A DNA stretch of 64,000 bases from a bacterium (GTDB lineage: Bacteria > Patescibacteriota > CPR2 > UBA1875 > JAJYID01). Position 1 is the first letter of the stretch. The number at the start of each line of letters is the position of its first letter. Location: assembly GCA_021787535.1 (NCBI GenBank), contig JAJYLR010000001.1, forward strand, positions 83,648 to 147,647. The letters run 5' to 3'. The notes under the pieces were generated by a model. That model made no database searches, was not told the DNA's origin, and worked only from the letters and a program-made list of their open reading frames with translations. This document shows positions 47,232 to 54,139 of the stretch, one piece after another. A program made the translations under genes and the position numbers.

Positions 47232-49571
47232 TTGATTGAAAATTCAAAAATCGGAGGGGCTTTGCTAGATCGTTTCTTCAATCCAAAGAGTGTAGCTGTT
47301 ATCGGGGCTTCTCATCATAAAGAGAAGCTTGGGTTTTTGGTTTATGACAATATCAGAAAATACGGTTATAAAGGAAAACTTTATGGAGTGAATATCAAGG
47401 GCGGTTCCGCACATATTTCGCGTAAAAAATCAGGAGCGCAAAATATGTGCGGAATTCCACTCTACAAAACTGTAGGCGATATCCCTGGGCCGATAGATTT
47501 AGCTGTTGTGGTGATACCTGCGAAAGCTGTACCTCAAATAGTTAAAGATTGCGGTAAAAAAGGAATAACTTCTGTCATTATTATCTCGGCCGGGTTTTCT
47601 GAAACTGGAGCAGAAGGCAAAAAGTTAGAGGAAAAAATTGCCGATTTGTCACATAAATACGGTATCAGAATCTTGGGGCCGAACTGTCTCGGCATCATCG
47701 ACTCTTGGAGCAAAATGAACGCCTCTTTTGCCGAAAGTATGCCGGACAAGATGAAGATTTCTCTTCTTTCCCAGTCAGGAGCCATCTGCACGGCTATTTT
47801 AGACTGGGCCAATAGCGAAGAAATCGGTTTCTCCAGATTTATTTCTTTGGGCAATAAGCTTGATATCGATGAAAATGATGTCTTGGCTTATCTAGCCCGT
47901 GACACAAAAACCAAAGTTGTCCTGGCATATCTCGAAAGCATTGCCGATGGCCAGAAATTTATGGATAATGCTAGAAATCTTGCCTTGAAAAAGCCATTTA
48001 TCATGGTGAAGTCAGGCCGAACCAGCGAAGGCGCCAAAAGCATCTCTTCTCATACGGGCAGTATTGCCGGGTCGGATATTGTTATCGATACCGCTCTTCG
48101 CCAGAGCGGAGTGATACGGGCTGAGAGCTTAGAGGACCTCTTTGATCTGGCAAAAATATTTGCCTTTTCACCGGAAATGAAAGGCAAGAACGTTGCTGTT
48201 ATTTCAAATGCCGGCGGTCCGGCAGTTATGCTTGCCGATACGATTGGTCAAAGCCGCTTAAAGCTGGCTAAGTTTGAGCCAAAAACCCGTAAAATTCTAG
48301 AAGAGACATTGCCTCCTGAAGCTGCGACTCATAATCCTGTAGACGTCATCGGTGATGCCAGAGCCGATCGTTATGAAACTGCTACTTGCGAGGTTTTAAA
48401 AGATGAAAATGTTGATGCGGCCATAGTTGTTTTAACACCCCAAGTTATGACAGAGATTGAAGCGACAGCTAAAGTCATTAACAAGGCAAAAAAGTACGGA
48501 AAACCTTTGGCGGTATCTTTTATTGGCGGAGAAAAAGTCGGAGATGGCAGGAAAATTCTCGAAGACTTTGAAATACCTTCATATGAGTTTCCGGAGAGAG
48601 CGATCAAAGCGCTAGAAGCACTATTTGAGTACTATGAATTTAAGAGACACTATGGTCTTTGTCATTCCGACTGCCACCACGTGAGTTGCAAGCGGAGGAA
48701 TCCCTTAAAGAATAGCCAATTTCCAATAACCAATGACCAATCAAGCTCTAATAATCAGATGTCAAACAAAGGTGGTCATTCTGGGGACGGCAGGACCCCG
48801 GAATCTAATACAGATAAGGATTCTGGACAGGTCAGAATGACGAACAACAGGCAAAAGGTATCTGAAATTATCGGACCGGTATTTAACCGGCGCCAAAAGC
48901 TTATCACAGACGGAAGTTCGAGCGCTTTTGATGTTTTTGACGCCTATGGTATCAGCACTATCAAAAGAGCATATGGTCTGGGACTAAAGGATTTGAAAAA
49001 GAAATCGGAAGAACTGGGGTTTCCGCTTGTTGCGAAGACTTGCGCCGAAGGCGTTTTGCACAAAACGGATATTGGCGGAGTCAAGTTGGGTATGAGAGAT
49101 GAAAGCGAACTGCAAAAAGCGTATTTTTCAATTTGTAATAAAGTGCGAAAAGCTGGTTTCGAGGAGGGTTCGGATCGGGTTGACATTTATAAACAAGAAG
49201 AGGACGGCGTCCAAATATTTCTGGGCGCAAAAAAGGATTCCAGTTTTGGACCGCTCATAATTTTTGGTTTAGGCGGAATATTCGTCGAGGCGCTTAAAGA
49301 TTTTTCATATAGAATCGCGCCGGTTACGCATACCGAGGCCAAGAGAATGATCGGCGAAATAAGATCGCAGAAAGTTCTAAACGGTTTTCGGGGCATGCCG
49401 GAAGTTGATCGGGACAAAGTGGCAGATGCAATCGTTGGTTTGTCCCAGCTTATGCTCGACTTCCCGGAAATCAAAGAAGTAGATATTAATCCCTTAATGG
49501 CAACGGATAAAAAATGCGTTGCCATAGACGGAAAAATAATTTTGGACTTAGAAGTAGACCATGGTTTCTAA
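47232..49571 (+). CDS. Acetyl-CoA synthetase (ADP-forming), fused alpha/beta type. The real start is probably the TTG at 47265, which has a GGAGG RBS.
   Basis: The CoA-binding N-terminus FFNPKSVAVIGAS, succinyl-CoA-synthetase-like flavodoxin domains and a C-terminal ATP-grasp. A ~60-aa repeat-element insertion sits in the inter-domain linker. Confidence 0.85.
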   Translation: MIENSKIGGALLDRFFNPKSVAVIGASHHKEKLGFLVYDNIRKYGYKGKLYGVNIKGGSAHISRKKSGAQNMCGIPLYKTVGDIPGPIDLAVVVIPAKAVPQIVKDCGKKGITSVIIISAGFSETGAEGKKLEEKIADLSHKYGIRILGPNCLGIIDSWSKMNASFAESMPDKMKISLLSQSGAICTAILDWANSEEIGFSRFISLGNKLDIDENDVLAYLARDTKTKVVLAYLESIADGQKFMDNARNLALKKPFIMVKSGRTSEGAKSISSHTGSIAGSDIVIDTALRQSGVIRAESLEDLFDLAKIFAFSPEMKGKNVAVISNAGGPAVMLADTIGQSRLKLAKFEPKTRKILEETLPPEAATHNPVDVIGDARADRYETATCEVLKDENVDAAIVVLTPQVMTEIEATAKVINKAKKYGKPLAVSFIGGEKVGDGRKILEDFEIPSYEFPERAIKALEALFEYYEFKRHYGLCHSDCHHVSCKRRNPLKNSQFPITNDQSSSNNQMSNKGGHSGDGRTPESNTDKDSGQVRMTNNRQKVSEIIGPVFNRRQKLITDGSSSAFDVFDAYGISTIKRAYGLGLKDLKKKSEELGFPLVAKTCAEGVLHKTDIGGVKLGMRDESELQKAYFSICNKVRKAGFEEGSDRVDIYKQEEDGVQIFLGAKKDSSFGPLIIFGLGGIFVEALKDFSYRIAPVTHTEAKRMIGEIRSQKVLNGFRGMPEVDRDKVADAIVGLSQLMLDFPEIKEVDINPLMATDKKCVAIDGKIILDLEVDHGF
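48661..48842. repeat. Composite in-frame insertion in the acs linker: type C variant, a CCAAT-type heptamer stretch, and a full type A element (gtcattctggggacggcaggaccccggaatc-N13-gattctggacaggtcagaatgac)
   Basis: Read directly. It is translated as CHSDCHHVSCKRRNPLKNSQFPITNDQSSSNNQMSNKGGHSGDGRTPESNTDKDSGQVRMT. Confidence 0.85.
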
Positions 49572-49655
49572 AATTGATTTACAAAGCCAAGGGTGTTAAA
49601 CCAAGGGTTGACTTTGTGAATTTGAAAGCTTATTCTGTTTAAACTATCTTGAATT

Positions 49656-49955
49656 TTGACAAAGGAGGCGGCAATGGGATGTTCTTTCGAAGAGTCTTTT
49701 GAAGACTGGAGAAAGATGGAACAAGCACGCGAGAGATATGTAGTAAAGTACAGGCAAGAACAAAAAGAGCTGATGCAGTTTCCTTGCTACTGCGATGAGT
49801 CGGTTTTTGAGGGGACTGATAACTGTTCGAAAACATGCCCAGAAATTGCCGATTCGTGTAAGCGCAGGGTCGCTTTTCAGAGAAACCCGGAAGCAGCAGC
49901 AGATTTACTTGAGTCAGCGAATGATATGCGGGCATTGATAGCGCGGACATCATAA
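49656..49955 (+). CDS. Small Cys-rich hypothetical protein (99 aa)
   Basis: aaaggagg RBS. Followed by the hairpin gggacttgc-tgcatt-gcaagtccc at 49969-49992. Confidence 0.35.
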   Translation: MTKEAAMGCSFEESFEDWRKMEQARERYVVKYRQEQKELMQFPCYCDESVFEGTDNCSKTCPEIADSCKRRVAFQRNPEAAADLLESANDMRALIARTS

Positions 49956-50037
49956 TCAAAATCCAGGATGCCTGGGACTTGCTGCATTGCAAGTCCCTTC
50001 GCCTTTATGTTAAAATTATTTAGTAATTGGAGGGTGA

Positions 50038-51141
50038 GTGGCAACTCAAACTAAAACTAAAACGGTTTTAATGACCGGGAATCAAGCGGTGGTGAAAGCG
50101 GCTTTGGCTGTCGGTGCTGAGATGTTCAGCGGTTATCCGATAACGCCGACTACTGAAATTCTGACCGAATGGTCAAAAGCGGCCGAAAATAATAAAGATC
50201 TCATATTTTTGCAGACCGAGGATGAGCCGGCGGCCGGCTTTGTGATGATTGGCGGAGTTTCCATGGGCAAAAAGGCTTGGACGGCGACAGCCGGCGTCGG
50301 GCACGTTCTGATGCAGGATCCGCTCTCTATGGCAGAAGCTATGAGAATCCCGACGGTGACTTATATCGGCCAGCGCGGCGGTCCCTCAACCGGCACAGTG
50401 ATCTATTCCCAGCAAGAGCTGAATCTGGCTCGGATGGGCGGAAACGGCGAAGGCCTTCGCATCGTCTTTGCGCCTTCGAACCTGCAAGAACTCTACGATC
50501 TGACCATTAAGGCATTTAATGTAGCTTGGAAATACCGGTTTCCGACATTTATTCTATCCGACGGATATCTTGCCAAAACATATGGAGAAATTGAGCTTTG
50601 GCAGCCAAACAAATCGGAAATCGTGCCGACCGAAAGTTTCTTTTTGAATCCCAAAACAAGTCCGAACAATATCAGAAACTGCTACTCTATGGAGGTTGAG
50701 CTTTATGACCAACTGCTCAAAGACTTTGCCGATTATGCCAAAATGTCAGAGAAAGTTGAAGAAAGCGAGCTACTTGGCGACAAGAAGACAAATCTTTTAG
50801 TTTGCGCCTGGGGTGCGGTAGGAAACTCGGCTAAAACAGCGCTTAAGGCACTGGAAAAACAAAACATTTATTTTAAACTTTTCCGTCCGATTACTCTTAG
50901 GCCGTTTCCGGCAAAAGATCTGCAAAAAGCGGCGGAAGGAGTGACGGATATCCTCATTTTAGAGTCAGCAAACGGGCAGTTTGGCCGCATTGTGCGAGAA
51001 TCTTTGTATGGCACGACCGAAGCCGAAGTGCATCGCCTGTACAAACCGGCTATGGGCATCATGCCGGAAGAAATTCAAGCCAAAGTTAAGGAAGTATTTA
51101 AATTGGAGGATTCTGGACAAGCCAGAATGACGCAATCATGA
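50038..51141 (+). CDS. 2-oxoacid:ferredoxin oxidoreductase alpha subunit (pyruvate/2-ketoisovalerate type)
   Basis: LMTGNQAVVKAALAVGAEMFSGYPITPTTEI matches the PorA/KorA N-terminus. The C-terminal tail EDSGQARMTQS is encoded by a type A half-element. Confidence 0.85.
   Translation: MATQTKTKTVLMTGNQAVVKAALAVGAEMFSGYPITPTTEILTEWSKAAENNKDLIFLQTEDEPAAGFVMIGGVSMGKKAWTATAGVGHVLMQDPLSMAEAMRIPTVTYIGQRGGPSTGTVIYSQQELNLARMGGNGEGLRIVFAPSNLQELYDLTIKAFNVAWKYRFPTFILSDGYLAKTYGEIELWQPNKSEIVPTESFFLNPKTSPNNIRNCYSMEVELYDQLLKDFADYAKMSEKVEESELLGDKKTNLLVCAWGAVGNSAKTALKALEKQNIYFKLFRPITLRPFPAKDLQKAAEGVTDILILESANGQFGRIVRESLYGTTEAEVHRLYKPAMGIMPEEIQAKVKEVFKLEDSGQARMTQS
51108..51131. repeat. Type A half-element (ggattctggacaagccagaatgac) forming the 3' end of the OFOR alpha gene
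   Basis: Identical to the copy at 39403-39425. Confidence 0.85.
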
Positions 51142-51896
51142 TAAGCCCTCGATTTGCTTCGACAATTAAACCTTCTTCAAAACCATCGAACTTCTGTCCA
51201 GGATGTGGCCATTCCATAATCCTCAAGAATTTAGGGCAGATAATATCAGATCTCAAAATAGAAAAAAAGACGGTATTTCCCATAGACATCGGCTGTTCGC
51301 TTCTGGCTTGGGATTTTTTTGATGTTGATACTTTCCAGACACATCATGGCCGGACCACGGCAGCAGCAGTGGGACAGAAAAGGGCGCGTCCGGATGCTAT
51401 TATCCTCGCTTACATGGGCGACGGCGGAGGGTATGCCATCGGACTGCAAAACTTAGTTCATGCCTGCTATCGCAATGAGAATATTACGGTGATTTTGGTC
51501 AACAATACTATGTTTTCCATGACCGGAGGACAGATGGCGCCGACATCTTTGCCGCATGAGGTAACATCATCATCGCCGGACGGTGCATTTACCCAAGACA
51601 AACCCTTCTACGGTCCGGAAATGCTGGCTCGCGAAGCCCATGACGGCGCATATATCGCCAGAGCGGCCGTCTCAAATCCGGGGCAGATGAAAGCTTATAT
51701 GCAAAAAGCTATCCAAAATCAGATAGACGGCAAAGGTTTTTCATTTGTCGAAGTGCTTTCGTACTGTCCGACGAACTGGAAGACAAACGCCGAACAAACA
51801 ATTAGGTTTTTAGAAAAAATGAAAGAAACGTTTCCGGTAGGAGAGATTAAAAATCCTTCTCTGTCATCCCGAGCCCATTCGACAAGCTCAGGATAA
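51138..51896 (+). CDS. 2-oxoacid:ferredoxin oxidoreductase beta subunit (TPP-binding)
   Basis: FCPGCGH near the N-terminus, and a GDGG thiamine-diphosphate-binding motif. The start overlaps the alpha-subunit stop. The C-terminal 15 aa and the stop are encoded by a type C element. Confidence 0.85.
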   Translation: MISPRFASTIKPSSKPSNFCPGCGHSIILKNLGQIISDLKIEKKTVFPIDIGCSLLAWDFFDVDTFQTHHGRTTAAAVGQKRARPDAIILAYMGDGGGYAIGLQNLVHACYRNENITVILVNNTMFSMTGGQMAPTSLPHEVTSSSPDGAFTQDKPFYGPEMLAREAHDGAYIARAAVSNPGQMKAYMQKAIQNQIDGKGFSFVEVLSYCPTNWKTNAEQTIRFLEKMKETFPVGEIKNPSLSSRAHSTSSG

Positions 51897-51925
51897 ACTC
51901 CGCAATAGCGGAGTCGAGGGATCCC
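51863..51925. repeat. Type C variant element (gtcatcccgagcccattcgacaagctcagg...gagtcgagggatccc) spanning the 3' end of the OFOR beta gene
   Basis: It encodes the ...PSLSSRAHSTSSG tail and the TAA stop. Confidence 0.75.
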
Positions 51926-51930
51926 TTAAA

Positions 51931-52065
51931 AAGAAGTAACAAGATACAAGAGACAATGACCAAACAATACTCAAAATTCAATTTTCAAGAAGCAAACGAC
52001 GTCGGTTTGTTATTTGGTTATTGTTCCTTGTTTGTACCTTGCTTTCTTGCATCTTGTATCTTTAA
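51931..52065. repeat. MITE-like ~135-bp element (copy 2) immediately upstream of the OFOR gamma gene. Paralog of 19298-19427.
   Basis: aagaagtaacaagatacaagagacaatgaccaaacaatactcaaaattcaattttcaag ... gtttgttatttggttattgttccttgtttgtaccttgctttcttgcatcttgtatcttt. Confidence 0.7.
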
Positions 52066-52080
52066 CGACAGGAGGATGGC

Positions 52081-52677
52081 ATGAAGGACGTAAAACGAAT
52101 ACTAGTTTCAGGCGAAGGAGGACAAGGCGTTCAGACTATTGCCAAAGTTTTAGCCGAAGCAGCTTATGACTCAGGTGAGAAAGCCCTCTATGTGCCAAAC
52201 TACGGTGTGGAACAGCGCGGAGGCGTATCGCTTGGCTTTGTCCAGATTTCAAAAGAAGAGATCGGCTTTCCCAAGTTCCAAGACGCTGATATTTTGGTTA
52301 TCTTGGCTGAAAGAGCCATTGAGAGGGTGATAGAATATATCACAAAAGATACAGTAGTGATTTATGACGAAACCTTAGTATCGGAAGATAAACTGAAAGG
52401 TATTTCAAGTGAAAAGATAGCTATACAAGCGCTCAAATGCGCCGAAGAAACGATGACTGGAAGAGTGATGAACATGATTGTTCTTGGGTTTTTAGCAAAT
52501 ATGGTTGGCGGAATGAGCTTAGACAGGATGGAAAAGACCGTTCACGAACGCCTGAAGGAAAAATACGAGAGAAGCCCAGAACTGAAACATTTTAATACAA
52601 GGGCGCTGGAAATAGGAATGAGAGAAATTCCAAAAAGTTTATGGATCAAAGATGGCAAGAAGGAGGTTTCTGTATGA
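52081..52677 (+). CDS. 2-oxoacid:ferredoxin oxidoreductase gamma subunit
   Basis: ILVSGEGGQGVQTIAKVLAEAA matches the Por/Kor gamma N-terminal motif. A ggagg RBS is present. Confidence 0.8.
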   Translation: MKDVKRILVSGEGGQGVQTIAKVLAEAAYDSGEKALYVPNYGVEQRGGVSLGFVQISKEEIGFPKFQDADILVILAERAIERVIEYITKDTVVIYDETLVSEDKLKGISSEKIAIQALKCAEETMTGRVMNMIVLGFLANMVGGMSLDRMEKTVHERLKEKYERSPELKHFNTRALEIGMREIPKSLWIKDGKKEVSV

Positions 52678-52922
52678 TGCGTGATTGGAAAGGCAAAATT
52701 TATTCAGATAGCCAGAAAGCATGGACAAACTTCGCCGAACTCTGCAAGGGTTGCGGACTATGCATAGAGAAATGTCCGCAGAAATGTTTGGCATTTGATA
52801 AAACAAGGACCAACCATTACGGTACCGATACCGTAAAGTGCGATATTGGCAAATGTATCGCCTGCGACATTTGCGAAATCAACTGCCCGGATATGGCGAT
52901 AAGAGTGGATCGGAAAAGTTGA
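52641..52922 (+). CDS. 2-oxoacid:ferredoxin oxidoreductase delta subunit (2x[4Fe-4S] ferredoxin)
   Basis: CKGCGLCIEKCP and CIACDICEINCP cluster motifs. It overlaps the gamma gene. Confidence 0.8.
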   Translation: MDQRWQEGGFCMMRDWKGKIYSDSQKAWTNFAELCKGCGLCIEKCPQKCLAFDKTRTNHYGTDTVKCDIGKCIACDICEINCPDMAIRVDRKS

Positions 52923-53003
52923 CTTTCTAGCCAGTTTATCATATAATTATCAAAAGAGGAGAAACCTCTTTTTTCGCATCTTTGTCAACTTAAGGAGAAT
53001 CTG

Positions 53004-53249
53004 ATGATTTATGTGCTGCAGGTGATTTTTTTCTGGATTTTTGCAATAGCCGGCGTTGTGGGAACTGTAATCGGATTTTCGAGTGCTATGTCAGGCGCGA
53101 TTATTGGTATCGCGCGGCCAGACATAGTAGACATAGATCCCAGCGGCAAAGAGGAACGTTGGATGAAGAGAGGGATTGCCGTAATGCTGATCGGTGCTGC
53201 AGGGGCTTTCCTCGTGTCTCCTTACTGGTCAGCGTTCGGTATGCTATAA
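53004..53249 (+). CDS. Small membrane protein (81 aa)
   Basis: Two TM helices and an aaggag RBS. Confidence 0.35.
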   Translation: MIYVLQVIFFWIFAIAGVVGTVIGFSSAMSGAIIGIARPDIVDIDPSGKEERWMKRGIAVMLIGAAGAFLVSPYWSAFGML

Positions 53250-53343
53250 GATCGTTCCCCAGTTTTTCTTTTCACATGGATAGCGAGCCACCGGGTTCAT
53301 ACTGCCGCTCTGACAAGGGCGGCAGTCTTCTTTTAAAAAAGTG

Positions 53344-53371
53344 TTGACAAAAATTTTGTATATGATATAAT
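53344..53371 (+). promoter_or_regulatory. Strong sigma70 promoter with an extended -10 (TTGACA-16-TGaTATAAT)
   Basis: ttgaca at 53344-53349 and tgatataat at 53363-53371. It drives the GC-rich non-coding unit downstream. Confidence 0.6.
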
Positions 53372-53377
53372 GATTTT

Positions 53378-54098
53378 CATTGCACTTTGAGAATATTCGC
53401 GGTTTATACAGCTGTAATTGGTTTCTAGATTAGAGATCAGTTATAGCTGTATAAGCAAAAGTTTCCTCTCGGGTGCCACTGGAAAGTGGGACGAGGGGAC
53501 CCTCTGTACTCCCAGGGGGATACATGAGCAACCCGGAGATTGGGGAAGAGGTTGTTCTGAAAGGGAGCCGAATATAGCAGCCCCAACTGCGTATGTCGGG
53601 CCAGGTCCTCTGGTTACTCCATGAAAAACCTCATGTGGAGGTCAATGATAGAAGGAGGATATCCTGATCTAGTTTTACTGGTCTTCTATCGTTGCATCGT
53701 TAAAAGGAGATATGCACGGCAACCGCAATCTCGCCCCGAAGGAGGGAATAAAGCGGTACCAGTTGCAACTGGACGTGCGTGGGTTCTCTATTCAGTCAGG
53801 AGAATAGTTAATCTACGCTTTCAAAGATTCCCAAGGGCTTGGCTTTTATTGAAGTTCCCTCCGATGGCGGAAGGAGAGCGCTGCTCTCATATTTCTTGCC
53901 GCCCAGTGCGCCACATATGTTGGGGTACTGATCTGTGTGAGGGGGTCGGAGCTATTGGGGTCGCGGTTCTCCCGTCCTCCTTAAGGAGGCTTAGAACGAA
54001 CCGAAGTCGGTAGGGTGCCCAAATCCGGAGCCCTGAATACGCACCCTGCCCAACTAGTAAGGGACGCCTCCAATTGGAGGCGTCCCGATTTCTTTTTG
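53378..54098 (+). ncRNA. Candidate large structured ncRNA (~0.7 kb) of unknown class: promoter-to-terminator unit, GC-rich, no credible ORF
   Basis: ~52% GC against a ~40% background. Multiple GNRA-capped hairpins (ctggaaagtgg, gttctgaaaggg). Long-range complementarity cgggtgcc (53470s) with gcaccctg (54040s) would close the molecule. It ends in a perfect hairpin plus U-run. The overlapping ORFs are Arg/Pro/Trp-rich junk. Bacterial RNase P P4 motifs and tmRNA ends were looked for and not found. Confidence 0.3.
54061..54098 (+). terminator. Rho-independent terminator
   Basis: gggacgcctcc-aatt-ggaggcgtccc (an 11-bp perfect stem) followed by gatttcttttt. Confidence 0.8.
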
Positions 54099-54139
54099 TA
54101 TACTTACTCTCACTTCCCAAATCCGCTATAATAGAATGC

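Noticed and set aside
53378-54098. Assignment of the large ncRNA candidate to RNase P RNA or tmRNA
   Set aside because: The canonical P4 strands (AGGAAAGUCCGGGC / ACAGAAnCCGGCUUA), the tmRNA tRNA-like ends and a tag-peptide reading frame were not found by eye. It is left unclassified.
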